Notes: a model not told the origin generated them from the sequence alone. 64,000 nucleotides of DNA from an archaeon (GCA_041653195.1 JBAZFU010000001.1:70545-134544); one strand, 5' to 3'; positions 29,374 to 38,470 are shown, counted from the stretch's first letter. A program made the numbers and translations.

Positions 29374-30912
29374 TCAGCTGAAATGCTTTGAAACAAGCGA
29401 AAGCACCTTATTCGGTTGGAAATAATAGTCCTGAATAACTTCAAGAACCTCTTCCGGCTTTCTTATTTTCTTTTCAAACATCCACTCAAGAATTTTTTGG
29501 CGCATCAAAATTTCCTGCTTTAACTCGTTTTTTGAAATCGCGTTGGAGTTGGCCATCTTCTCAATTATGCCGCTGGGCAAATCCGTTTTCTTGACAACAT
29601 TCGCAGTTTTATCCCACTCAAAAATATTCGCAAGCAAAACCCTGCTCTCCATCCTAGAAACTTCTGCAACCTCTAAAACATTTCTCTGCATTCCACCACT
29701 GCCCGAATGGTGTCTGCCAAGCACAACAATTAAATCGATGAGCGGGAGGAGCGCCTGAGGAACAGACATTGGAGGCTCCTGCAAACGAATAATAGCTTCT
29801 CGAGCATCATTAGCATGAATTGTCCCCATAACCCCATCATGACCGGTATCCATCGCAATAAACATTGTAAGCGCTTCATTGCCCCTAACTTCCCCCACAA
29901 GTATCCTGTCCGGACGCATTCTCAAAGAATTCTTTAACAAATCATTCATCGAAACTTCTTCATCAACAGAACTTCTTGCTTCCAAAGGAACCCAATTCTT
30001 TCTATCCAAAAGAGAAAGCTCTAAAGTGTCTTCAATTGAAACAATTCTATTATTTATTCGAATAAAATTAGCTAAAACATTAAGGAAAGTAGTTTTTCCT
30101 GTTGCAGTTCCTCCAGTTATCAAAATATTTGCAGGAGAAACATCGAACCCGTCAACCATTGCCCACAAAAAAGCTGCTAACTCGAAATTAAGAGTTCCGG
30201 ATTCAATCAAATCAATAACTGTAAGCGGAATAGGCGAAAATTTTCTTATTGTCAAAGAAATTCCACGCGGAGAAACATCACTAAAAGTCGCATTGACCCT
30301 GCTCCCGTCCGGCAAGCGCGCATCAAGCAAAGGGCTCTTCGAATCAAATTTTTTCCCGACACTTGAAGCAACTCTTTGAAGAATCACTCCAAAAGATTTT
30401 TCATCAATGGCCATGCTCGCCTTGCACATACCATACTGCTTATGAAAAACAAAAACATTATCCATCCCGTTAACCATCAGCTCTTCCAACGAATCATCCA
30501 ACAAAAAAAAAGCAAACTGCTTCAAACCAATAGAATTTTGAAGAACAACGCCTGCAAAAAGTTCCTTGTTGGAAACAAAATTTATTTGATTGAGGCATTT
30601 CACCAGTGCATTGAAAAGATCAGAAAAAACTTTATTTGAAGGAAGCTTCTCAAGAAGCGAATTTATTTCAACAATAGAAATTACTTCCTCCCTGAACGCT
30701 GTCGAAAATTCTTCGCCCGCACCTTCAAAATCGGAAAGTTCCTTAAATGAAGCTTTTCTTTGAATTACTCTTTCAAGCAAATCCATGAAAGCCTGCTCCG
30801 CTCCGGCAAAAGGCATCTGCGCAACTTCGTAAAAATTCTGAGGAAACCCCTCATAAACATCCCCAAACGGAGAAGAGGAAAGCTTTTTCCCTTTAGATTC
30901 GTTAAGAGTCAT
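29374..30912 (-). CDS. second type IV filament/secretion ATPase (PilB/FlaI/TadA superfamily), orphan
   Basis: 512 aa; Walker A GGTATGKTTFLN; RMRPDRILVGEVRGNEA box; paralog of the 10548 ATPase but no neighbouring platform or pilin genes. Confidence 0.8.
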   Translation of the reverse strand: MTLNESKGKKLSSSPFGDVYEGFPQNFYEVAQMPFAGAEQAFMDLLERVIQRKASFKELSDFEGAGEEFSTAFREEVISIVEINSLLEKLPSNKVFSDLFNALVKCLNQINFVSNKELFAGVVLQNSIGLKQFAFFLLDDSLEELMVNGMDNVFVFHKQYGMCKASMAIDEKSFGVILQRVASSVGKKFDSKSPLLDARLPDGSRVNATFSDVSPRGISLTIRKFSPIPLTVIDLIESGTLNFELAAFLWAMVDGFDVSPANILITGGTATGKTTFLNVLANFIRINNRIVSIEDTLELSLLDRKNWVPLEARSSVDEEVSMNDLLKNSLRMRPDRILVGEVRGNEALTMFIAMDTGHDGVMGTIHANDAREAIIRLQEPPMSVPQALLPLIDLIVVLGRHHSGSGGMQRNVLEVAEVSRMESRVLLANIFEWDKTANVVKKTDLPSGIIEKMANSNAISKNELKQEILMRQKILEWMFEKKIRKPEEVLEVIQDYYFQPNKVLSLVSKHFS

Positions 30913-30977
30913 AAAAACGTCGCTTATATATAAGGAAAAGTAGTATAATAATTTTAGTCTTATAAAAAAGTGGTAAC

Positions 30978-32342
30978 ATGAAACCGCTATACGAAAAAAT
31001 ACTCAAAAAAATTACTCCTGCAAAAAAGGAACTCGAAAAAGAAAAGCTACTTGTAGAAAAAATAAGAAAAAAAATTGAAAATATTGATGGAAAACATTCT
31101 CACGTCGAATGGTGCGGAAGCAGCGCGCGCGGAACACACCTTCTCGGAGACAGGGATATTGATCTATTCGTGATGTTTGACCAAAAAATTTCAGATGCCG
31201 AACTTGAAAAAGAAGGACTGCGAATTGGAAAAGCGGTTTTCAGGGGAAAAAAATGGAAAAAGGCTTATTCCCAGCATCCGTACATACGCGGAGTGTTTGA
31301 AGGATTTGATGTAGAAGTAGTTCCAAGCTATATTGTCGAGCACGGCCATTTGAAAAAAAGCGCGGTGGACAGGACTCCTTTCCACAACAGGTATTTGCTC
31401 AAAAGATTAAATGAAAAAAATCAGAAAGAAGTGAGATTGCTAAAACAATTCATGAAAGGAATTGGCGCGTACGGCGCGGACCTAAAAAACAATGCTTTGC
31501 CAGGATATGGAATCGAACTGCTCGTAATAACTTACGGGGCATTTGAAAATGCGCTAAAACAAATTTCGAACTGGCAACCGGGAAAAATAATTTCATTCGG
31601 CGCGGACGAAAAAATCGCGAAAGAAAATTTCAAAGGAGCGCCGCTAATAATAGTAGACCCTGTGGATGAAAACAGAAATGTCGCATCTGCGCTTTCACTC
31701 GAACAATTTAATAGAATGATTCTTGCCGCAAAACTTTTCCTAAAAAAACCTTCAGAAAAATTCTTTTTCAGCGCGAAAACGAAAAAATGGGCAAAAGGAA
31801 AAATTGCAAAAATGCTCAAAAAAACTGAACTAATCGCGGTTAAAGGAAAATTTCCGACCACGATCCTTCCGGATCTTGTCTGGGGGCAATTGGCACGCTT
31901 CGAAAAAAAAATTTCAACACATTTTAAGGAAAACGATTTTTCAATTATGAGAAGCACACACTGGAGCGACGAAAAAAACGTTTTCTTTATTTTTGAACTT
32001 GAATCGCTTAGGCTTCAAAAAGCCAAAAAAATAATTGGCCCTTTCGCAAGCGACGCGGAAAATTCAAAAAAGTTTTTGGAAAAGAAAAGAAAAATACTTT
32101 CAGGGCCGCGCATTGAAAAGGGGCGGCTTGTGCTTGAAATCGAGCGGAGCGAAAACGAAATTCATGCTAAAAAAATTCTTGAAAAGTTTTTGAAAAAAAG
32201 CAAGTGCGAGGAAAAATCAGGAATAAGGATTTGCATTAAAAGCGCAAAAGTTTTGGCGGAAAAGGATTTGCTCCGCGAATACAAAGGAAAATTCGCAGAA
32301 TATTTGACGACTTATTTGAGCGGAAAAGAAGTTTTTGAATAA
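30978..32342 (+). CDS. cca: archaeal class I CCA-adding tRNA nucleotidyltransferase
   Basis: 454 aa; GSSARGTHLLGDRDIDLFVMF nucleotidyltransferase motif. Confidence 0.85.
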   Translation: MKPLYEKILKKITPAKKELEKEKLLVEKIRKKIENIDGKHSHVEWCGSSARGTHLLGDRDIDLFVMFDQKISDAELEKEGLRIGKAVFRGKKWKKAYSQHPYIRGVFEGFDVEVVPSYIVEHGHLKKSAVDRTPFHNRYLLKRLNEKNQKEVRLLKQFMKGIGAYGADLKNNALPGYGIELLVITYGAFENALKQISNWQPGKIISFGADEKIAKENFKGAPLIIVDPVDENRNVASALSLEQFNRMILAAKLFLKKPSEKFFFSAKTKKWAKGKIAKMLKKTELIAVKGKFPTTILPDLVWGQLARFEKKISTHFKENDFSIMRSTHWSDEKNVFFIFELESLRLQKAKKIIGPFASDAENSKKFLEKKRKILSGPRIEKGRLVLEIERSENEIHAKKILEKFLKKSKCEEKSGIRICIKSAKVLAEKDLLREYKGKFAEYLTTYLSGKEVFE

Positions 32343-32378
32343 AATTCATCTTGTTTGCCAAATAAAAAAAGCAGCTAA

Positions 32379-32672
32379 TTATGATAAGGTGCCAACAACA
32401 AAGAGTATAATTGCGAGAACAAATATGATTCCAATCACTATAAAGAAATACACGGATTTTTCGTATCCTGTTTGCTTTGCTTTTTCGATAATATTGCATA
32501 AAAATATTGCATAAATCACTCCTATAATTATAAGGAAAAAAACTGTATAACCCAAAACCCCAAGCCAAACCTGTCCATCTGAATTAATTGGCAGATAACG
32601 AACAGCAAGTGAACCACAAAAACCGGCTACTGAAAAAAGTGCAGCCAATGCAATAGAAGTGCTATCAACCAT
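32379..32672 (-). CDS. small membrane protein
   Basis: 97 aa; three hydrophobic helices. Confidence 0.4.
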   Translation of the reverse strand: MVDSTSIALAALFSVAGFCGSLAVRYLPINSDGQVWLGVLGYTVFFLIIIGVIYAIFLCNIIEKAKQTGYEKSVYFFIVIGIIFVLAIILFVVGTLS

Positions 32673-32789
32673 GAATTAATAACTTCTTTTCTGTTTATAT
32701 ATTTTGGTTATTAGGTTCCTATCTAAATAACAGTTGATTTTATGCTGTAAAAAACATAGATTTTTAACAAGTTTAAATGGCTTATTTTT

Positions 32790-33059
32790 ATGGAATTACT
32801 AAAAATTAGTTTTATTGTTTTACTGATTTTTGTGCTTTTTTCTCTTTTTGGTTGCACAGCATTAAATCAATTAAACCCAAACCTTGAGAAAAAAGAAACT
32901 GATATTCCTACAACAAGCATTAAAAACATAGGAAAGACGTTGGGTTCAGATATTTCTGACGCTGAAGCGGTTATGAGTTGCATTGATATTTGCAAACCTA
33001 ACGCAGTAGACAGCGCCGACTATTCGGGTAAAACAATTGCCTGTTGGTGCGAGAAATAG
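32790..33059 (+). CDS. small secreted Cys-containing lipoprotein-like protein
   Basis: 89 aa; signal peptide ending in lipobox-like LFGC followed by TALNQLNPN; paralogous leader to gene 35489. Confidence 0.5.
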   Translation: MELLKISFIVLLIFVLFSLFGCTALNQLNPNLEKKETDIPTTSIKNIGKTLGSDISDAEAVMSCIDICKPNAVDSADYSGKTIACWCEK

Positions 33060-33171
33060 CTTTTTCAACCATCTTTTGACAAAAAATGATAAGTCAATAA
33101 AATCAACCACAAGTGCCAAAATCTGCAAGAAGCCCCAAACAACCGATTATATGCCAAAGCCCATTATCAAA

Positions 33172-33200
33172 CGGGCTCTGGGGGAATCGAACCCCCTGCT
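33172..33200 (-). pseudogene. orphan tRNA 3'-fragment (T-arm + acceptor 3' strand) immediately downstream of tRNA-Ala
   Basis: Minus strand reads GGGGGTTCGATTCCCCCAGAGCCCG (T-stem/loop/stem + 7-nt acceptor strand + discriminator); no matching 5' half nearby. Confidence 0.4.
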
Positions 33201-33209
33201 ATTTTTTAA

Positions 33210-33282
33210 TGGACCGTGGGGGATTCGCACCCCCGACCACGCCGTTGCGAACGGCGGATCATAACTGCTAGACCAACGGCCC
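33210..33282 (-). tRNA. tRNA-Ala (anticodon CGC)
   Basis: Manual fold: acceptor GGGCCGT/ACGGTCC with G3:U70; anticodon stem CGCCG/CGGCG, loop TTCGCAA; T-arm GGGGG-TGCGAAT-CCCCC; 73 nt. Confidence 0.8.
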
Positions 33283-34410
33283 TGGCAATATCTTACCTGT
33301 TTCGCAGAACTCTTTATATTTGTTTAGAATTCTTGGGTTGCTACTGCCAATTAGTTCAAACCACTTGTGTGTGTTTTCTATGCCTCTAACACTTACACTT
33401 TCCGCATGAACAAATGCCTTAATTCCCTGTTTCAAAAGTATTTCTTTTATTTGATTTCGCAAAACTGGGCTGTAAGAACAAATTGTCACATAAGGATACC
33501 TGAATCGCTCATCCTTTCTTGCATTCATGTGACCATCTGTATCAAGCAAACCTCTAATCACAAAATTCAAGTTCTCAGTTTTAAGGCTTAAAAAATTATT
33601 CGAGATTCCGAAATCTTTTGGCTTTCCATTTGTATGATAACCATTGCTTAAAAGCCATTCATAAAATAGCCTACTGCTGAATTGAAGACGCACTGAATTA
33701 TCTTTACGAAAAAATATTGCCGGCTTAATTGGGAAATACTTTCTAATTATCGCATCAAGATACTTAACGTATTCTACGTCTTTTTTTGCGTTCCCAACAA
33801 TTGCCCCGTGATAAACATATTGCCCAGAGCTTTTTGAAAAATATTTCCCACAATGGCCATCGCCCAGCATTGCCCCAAATAATTCACACAATTCTGGATT
33901 TGCAATATCGGGAAAACCGTCATAAGTTTCCCAAGTTATTTTCTTCTTACAAGACCTAACTTTTTTTAGGTGCTTTCTAAACCCGCTTTCCCCCAAACAC
34001 TTTTTCATAGTTCTTATTGAATTTGTTCCGCCTTTTTTGGCGCCCCAATTATTTGGCAAAAAATTTATCTGTTTTAAAAATTCAAATTTTTGTTCAGTAG
34101 GCAAATAATTCAATAACCCGAAGAAAACTCTCGAAGGAAAAGTTATTTCGCCTCGCCTTATTCTCTTGAGACCTGTATTTCCAATGTTGAATTCTTTAAG
34201 CCATTCATTCCAAGAAACATACTTCTGAGAAGCTTTCGCAAGAGCAAATAACTTTCTCGGATTTGGAATTCGGACTCTCCGGTCGCTTTTATCCTCTTCC
34301 ATTTCAGATTTTTGTTTTTCTTCGTTTTTAACCGCATCGGAGCTTTCATGCCAGTCATTCATCAAAATCACCCTCCGAAAAGTTTTCCAAAATCCAGAGT
34401 TCCCTTCCAT
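33268..34410 (-). CDS. HTH + double-motif LAGLIDADG homing-endonuclease-like protein (paralog 1)
   Basis: 380 aa; LAGLIDADG motifs FGAMLGDGH and GLLDTDGHM; N-terminal HTH-like region; stop codon lies 15 nt inside tRNA-Ala 5' end. Confidence 0.65.
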   Translation of the reverse strand: MEGNSGFWKTFRRVILMNDWHESSDAVKNEEKQKSEMEEDKSDRRVRIPNPRKLFALAKASQKYVSWNEWLKEFNIGNTGLKRIRRGEITFPSRVFFGLLNYLPTEQKFEFLKQINFLPNNWGAKKGGTNSIRTMKKCLGESGFRKHLKKVRSCKKKITWETYDGFPDIANPELCELFGAMLGDGHCGKYFSKSSGQYVYHGAIVGNAKKDVEYVKYLDAIIRKYFPIKPAIFFRKDNSVRLQFSSRLFYEWLLSNGYHTNGKPKDFGISNNFLSLKTENLNFVIRGLLDTDGHMNARKDERFRYPYVTICSYSPVLRNQIKEILLKQGIKAFVHAESVSVRGIENTHKWFELIGSSNPRILNKYKEFCETGKILPGPLV

Positions 34411-34549
34411 CGAGTTCTACTGAATTTTCAGCCAGTTCTTTGACTGACTGAAATTCTTCCCGAGTGGGAAATTCAAATTCAAAATTCATACAAAAATCGC
34501 CTCCGTTAAAATTTTTTTTCTGGAGACTTTTGGAAGGCTTTTGAGGCAT
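34355..34549 (-). CDS. small acidic hypothetical protein (uncertain)
   Basis: 64-aa ORF overlapping start of the LAGLIDADG gene in another frame; could be spurious. Confidence 0.2.
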   Translation of the reverse strand: MPQKPSKSLQKKNFNGGDFCMNFEFEFPTREEFQSVKELAENSVELDGRELWILENFSEGDFDE

Positions 34550-34683
34550 TAAACCCTTTAGCCGAAGGCGACCCGCTCAAAAGCGGGTAAAGGTTTAAGC
34601 CGAAAAAGCCGAAGTCGAAAGAAAAAAATTAGGAGGCGATTTCAACGAGAATTTTGAACTCAAAAATTAGAAAAGTGGTGTGG

Positions 34684-35190
34684 TCAAAACTCCGCCTCAT
34701 CAATTTCAACATCGATAAGCTTTTCATTGTCATCGCCGAAAACAAATTTGCCCACAATCTTTTTCCCGCACAAAATCATTGGCAACCAGTGCTTATCGTC
34801 CTGCCACATTTTATCAAAAGGAATATTTTTCACATGCGTCCAAACGGGTTTCATTTCCTCGCTTTCCTTCGGCTCACCTTCCCAATCGCGCACCAAAAAA
34901 ACATGCACGACCTGATCCCAATGCCACTTTTTATCTTCTGGAATTGACGGAAAAATAAATGTCAGTTCGCCCATCCGTTCAATTGATTCAGGGTAAGTGT
35001 TCACGCCGGATTCTTCCCACAACTCGCGGATAATGGCTTCCTCAATCGTTTCACCAGGTTCGACCTTTCCGCCGAAACCGTTCAATTTTCCGCTCCCGAA
35101 GCCGCGCTTCTTCATTCCGAGAAGAACGAATTCCACCGGATCCTCTTTCACAAGAAAACAGAGAGTCGCCTGCTTCAATTTTTTTTCCAT
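34684..35190 (-). CDS. NUDIX hydrolase (MutT-like)
   Basis: 168 aa; Nudix box GGKVEPGETIEEAIIRELWEESGV. Confidence 0.7.
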   Translation of the reverse strand: MEKKLKQATLCFLVKEDPVEFVLLGMKKRGFGSGKLNGFGGKVEPGETIEEAIIRELWEESGVNTYPESIERMGELTFIFPSIPEDKKWHWDQVVHVFLVRDWEGEPKESEEMKPVWTHVKNIPFDKMWQDDKHWLPMILCGKKIVGKFVFGDDNEKLIDVEIDEAEF

Positions 35191-35236
35191 ACTAATTTCA
35201 CAAGAAATACTGAAAACAAGCCTTTTTTAGATTTTG

Positions 35237-35267
35237 GTTTTCGCCGGCCTTTTGGAAAAAGGCCGAA
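35237..35267 (-). repeat. hairpin + GGCGAAAAC repeat unit (tRNA-trailer/intron module family)
   Basis: Minus strand: TTCGGCCTTTTTCCAAAAGGCCGGCGAAAAC directly after the tRNA 3'-exon fragment. Confidence 0.6.
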
Positions 35268-35301
35268 TGCAGCCGCCGGGATTTGAACCCGGGTCATAGC
35301 C
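35268..35301 (-). pseudogene. tRNA 3' exon remnant (positions 39-73; acceptor strand CGGCTGC) preceded by intron-like sequence ending AATTAG
   Basis: Minus: GGCTA-TGAC-CCGGG-TTCAAAT-CCCGG-CGGCTGC-A; upstream is an intron-like module as in the tRNA-Gly introns; no 5' exon within about 200 nt. Confidence 0.4.
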
Positions 35302-35310
35302 TAATTCCAT

Positions 35311-35389
35311 TTTTCGCTAATTTTCGCCAACCTTTTCGAAAAAGGTTGTTCGCCGGCCTTTTTTTTAAAAAGGCCGAATGCGACCGCTG
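35311..35389 (-). repeat. two tandem hairpin-repeat units plus tRNA-Gly(GCC) 3'-end-like 13-mer
   Basis: Minus: CAGCGGTCGCATTCGGCCTTTTTAAAAAAAAGGCCGGCGAAC + AACCTTTTTCGAAAAGGTTGGCGAAAAT; mirrors tRNA-Gly(GCC) 3' end + trailer at 58856-58897. Confidence 0.55.
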
Positions 35390-35488
35390 TACAGCTACCA
35401 AAAAAGTTGTATCGCCCTCCACCTTTGTTAGACTTTTAACCTAACTTAAATGCTACAAAAGTAGCATGTAAAGAGATATAAAAATATA

Positions 35489-36091
35489 ATGCGCCATCAG
35501 AATCGTATGAAAAACAAAGTATTGCTAACAACCTTATTTTTGCTAGTGATTACTCTTTTAGGTTGCACAGAATTAAATCAACTTAACCAAAACACAGAAA
35601 GTGACAATAATAATACTGTTGAAATAAATTTGTTCGAAAAATATGAATCCAACAACCCATTCAAAGTGGATCAAGAATATTTATCTTATTGCGAGTCGCT
35701 TTCGACACCAGATAAACAATACGCTTGTAAAACCAATTCTGCCAAAGGCCCGCAATATTGTGAATTTACCAATGCCCAAAAAGAAAAAGAGAATTGTATT
35801 CTAAGTTCAATCAAAAATAGCAACTTTGTGCTTTTAGGAGACGAAAGATACACCAATTTTCACTATTATTGGTACTTAAAGTACCTTGAAGATGTTGAAG
35901 ATGTGCAGTCAAAACAGAAATTTTATCAAGAGTTTATGATTTGCGACTACATTGATAATAATGGCCAAAAAGACACCTGTTTAACTTGGCTTTTTAATAA
36001 AAATCAGGCTTTTGTTCCTTATGATGATGACCCAAACTTTATTGAAGCAAGACAGGTCTTTGTGGAAAATTATATAAAAAAAAATAATTGA
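35489..36091 (+). CDS. secreted Cys-containing lipoprotein-like protein
   Basis: 200 aa; signal peptide LLVITLLGCTELNQLNQN near-identical to gene 32790 leader; 8 Cys in mature part. Confidence 0.55.
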   Translation: MRHQNRMKNKVLLTTLFLLVITLLGCTELNQLNQNTESDNNNTVEINLFEKYESNNPFKVDQEYLSYCESLSTPDKQYACKTNSAKGPQYCEFTNAQKEKENCILSSIKNSNFVLLGDERYTNFHYYWYLKYLEDVEDVQSKQKFYQEFMICDYIDNNGQKDTCLTWLFNKNQAFVPYDDDPNFIEARQVFVENYIKKNN

Positions 36092-36222
36092 TAATAACTA
36101 AAAATAACACTTAACTGAAATGAACATAAAAAATTTTTAATATGAAAAGAATATGGTTTCAAGGACATTTAGAATACAAAAAACCAATGAACGGAAAAAA
36201 AAACAGTTAAAGAGGCGATTCT

Positions 36223-36384
36223 ATGTTTTCAAATAAAAATGCAGGCATAACCTATATTGTTCTAGCATTTGTCCTTTTGAGTTTGCTTTTTTTGAACATC
36301 ATAAATGTTGATAGCATGACTGTGCTTGGAACAACTATGACTATCATTGGAATTGGAATTATGTTCTTGCTGCAAAAAAAGTAG
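36223..36384 (+). CDS. small two-helix membrane protein (53 aa)
   Basis: Not in ORF track; AAAGAGGCG RBS 6 nt upstream of ATG 36223; MFSNKNAGITYIVLAFVLLSLLFLNII... Confidence 0.35.
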   Translation: MFSNKNAGITYIVLAFVLLSLLFLNIINVDSMTVLGTTMTIIGIGIMFLLQKK

Positions 36385-36405
36385 GGCAATACAACATTTT
36401 TCGTC

Positions 36406-36418
36406 AATGCGACCGCTG
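36406..36418 (+). repeat. 13-bp direct repeat AATGCGACCGCTG (second copy; first at 35377-35389)
   Basis: Exact 13/13 match to 35377-35389; reverse complement resembles tRNA-Gly(GCC) 3' end + trailer (CGGCGGTCGCATT). Confidence 0.5.
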
Positions 36419-36546
36419 GGACTCTTTTACTTTTGGTTGCTGGTTTGTGGCTGGTTGTTTTTAGTGGAATGTATTCACACAGGTTCTACTTGGCTTACCT
36501 TGCCTTTCATTCAAATCAGCCCCTGATAAAACACAATTCTTGTGTT

Positions 36547-37329
36547 CTAAAAATCACGTATTTTTAATAATTCATCAACTTTTTTGAACCATTTAATATC
36601 TTCACTACTTAGTTTCATTTTTTTTGAGTCTTTTTTTAACCTATTAAGCATTTTATGAATATCTTCCTGAAAAGCAGATCTATCTTTTTCAGGATAGAAT
36701 TTGGCATACCTTATGCGCATTTCTACAGAATAAACAAATTTAAGCACTCCTGACCAATATGTGACCAAAGGTCTATCGCCATCCATGCTAATATCCATAG
36801 AACCTTTTCGCAGAGGAAGCTTAGTTCTTTCAATAATCCATTTATTCGCTTGAGCCAAAAGAAGCAAATCATAATCTAAATCAATCAAAGAATACAAATG
36901 AAGCTCTTTATCATTTTTTAAAGGAAAAAGAAAAATTCGCCACTTATCTTCCTCCGAATCTTTAAATACTCCATAACTGAAAGAATGAGTAAGTTTTCTG
37001 ATTATTTTCTTTTCATTTTTATCATACGCAACGAATGCGTTTAATCCAAGATATGGGTTAATATATCCAAGGAACCCCGAATTTTCTCCAATAATCATTT
37101 GGGTATTAATTAATACCGATACCACATCTTCTGCTATTTTTTGAACTTGTTCTTTGGCAGACTCTTTTGAATATAACACATTTAACGAAACATTAATCCA
37201 TTCAAAATTTAGGTCCGGGGCAACAATTTTTATGGCTTCTTCATTTTTTTCTAATTTTGGGTCATCCAAATTATTTGTTTTTTTGAAAAAATCAAATGCG
37301 CCCATTAAATCAACTCCTTTTTGTGCCAT
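36547..37329 (-). CDS. hypothetical protein
   Basis: 260-aa ORF; no recognisable motif; lies between the LAGLIDADG paralog/tRNA-Gly and the repeat cassette. Confidence 0.45.
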   Translation of the reverse strand: MAQKGVDLMGAFDFFKKTNNLDDPKLEKNEEAIKIVAPDLNFEWINVSLNVLYSKESAKEQVQKIAEDVVSVLINTQMIIGENSGFLGYINPYLGLNAFVAYDKNEKKIIRKLTHSFSYGVFKDSEEDKWRIFLFPLKNDKELHLYSLIDLDYDLLLLAQANKWIIERTKLPLRKGSMDISMDGDRPLVTYWSGVLKFVYSVEMRIRYAKFYPEKDRSAFQEDIHKMLNRLKKDSKKMKLSSEDIKWFKKVDELLKIRDF

Positions 37330-38374
37330 TATGCGGCTTACGGGAATTGAACCCGTTCATCCACCTTGGGAAGGTGGAATCATACCAGTAGACCAAAGCC
37401 GCTTTGAATGGTTCTTCAACTTGCAAGCCAGTTATTTCACTCCAAATACATTCCTTTAATGGAATTTCCCCCGTTTCAATGAAATACTTGTAGCGCATAA
37501 TATTTTTAGGGTTTGCACAACCCACCAACGTTAAGAACCGATGCACTTCCTCTTGCCTTTGAATTCTCACATTAACATCACTTTTTGAAGGAGCGAATCC
37601 AATTTGCCAGAGCATTTGATAAAGATTTGACCTTATTTGAGGAGAATCAGTTTGAAATTCTATTATTAATCTTTTATACTTTTTCTGTTTTTGATAAATT
37701 CCCCCATCTGTGTCCAAAAGCCCTCTCAACGCACCATAAATATATACGTCTTTTTCAAAAATCCATCGTGGAAGAGATACCTTATTTTTTATTTTATCTC
37801 CCAAAACAAGCGAGTTTTTGAGCAAAAATTTTACTAACTCTGTTGAGTTTACTTTCAATTGCATCGCGTTTGAATTTTTTAACCGAAATATCTTAGAGCT
37901 CAAACCAAAAAGCTGCTTAATCATATTTTGCAAATATTTGTAATGTTCAATTTCATAAAAATTGCCAGTTATTGTAAGTGTTTTCGAATCAATATGCCCA
38001 TCGCCCAGAATTACTCCGAAAAGCTCCGCTAATTTTTCACTTTTCTCAGGCACTTTAATATTCTTTTTATTTTTACCGCCACCCAATTCCTGCCCCCAGT
38101 TTTTGGCAAGGGTTTTTTCCACCCACTTTTTTCTAATCACAACCCAACTTTCAAAAGGGTGTTTTGCTAAAAGCCTTTTTGCATAGCTCAGCGGAATCGT
38201 AGTGCGTTCTTTTCTCCAATCTATTCTAATAGTGTGTTCTGACAAATTCAACTCTTTTGCTAAAGCAATCCATGTCAAGCCGCTTTTTTTCTTAATCTGT
38301 TCAATAAACTTTCTTTGCAATCCTTTCTTGAACTTGACTCGTTCTTCCCTGATTAGTTCGCCAACTTTCCTCAT
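37310..38374 (-). CDS. HTH + double-motif LAGLIDADG homing-endonuclease-like protein (paralog 2)
   Basis: Start taken at Met61 (ATG 38374) of ORF 37310..38554; motifs FGVILGDGH and GLLDTDGGI; N-terminal region aligns with paralog 1; reading frame continues through the whole tRNA-Gly(CCC) before the stop. Confidence 0.6.
   Translation of the reverse strand: MRKVGELIREERVKFKKGLQRKFIEQIKKKSGLTWIALAKELNLSEHTIRIDWRKERTTIPLSYAKRLLAKHPFESWVVIRKKWVEKTLAKNWGQELGGGKNKKNIKVPEKSEKLAELFGVILGDGHIDSKTLTITGNFYEIEHYKYLQNMIKQLFGLSSKIFRLKNSNAMQLKVNSTELVKFLLKNSLVLGDKIKNKVSLPRWIFEKDVYIYGALRGLLDTDGGIYQKQKKYKRLIIEFQTDSPQIRSNLYQMLWQIGFAPSKSDVNVRIQRQEEVHRFLTLVGCANPKNIMRYKYFIETGEIPLKECIWSEITGLQVEEPFKAALVYWYDSTFPRWMNGFNSRKPHNGTKRS
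37332..37402 (-). tRNA. tRNA-Gly (anticodon CCC)
   Basis: Manual fold: acceptor GCGGCTT/AAGCCGC; anticodon stem CCACC/GGTGG, loop TTCCCAA; T-arm ACGGG-TTCAATT-CCCGT; 71 nt. Confidence 0.8.
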
Positions 38375-38470
38375 AAGAAAATATTTTTGTGCGAATTTTA
38401 TATTTGCTTCTGGACTGCCGTGCCGGTGACCGGCCAAATTTGTAAAATGATCACAAAAAGAGCAAATAAA

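Noticed and set aside
33367-34358. Plus- and minus-strand small ORFs (33367..33591, 34158..34358) inside LAGLIDADG paralog 1
   Set aside because: They are nested within a well-supported CDS and show no independent signals.
35220-35400. Possible CRISPR array suggested by repeated hairpin units
   Set aside because: The units are irregularly spaced and differ in length and sequence, and they lack uniform spacers. They are tied to tRNA 3' ends and introns instead.
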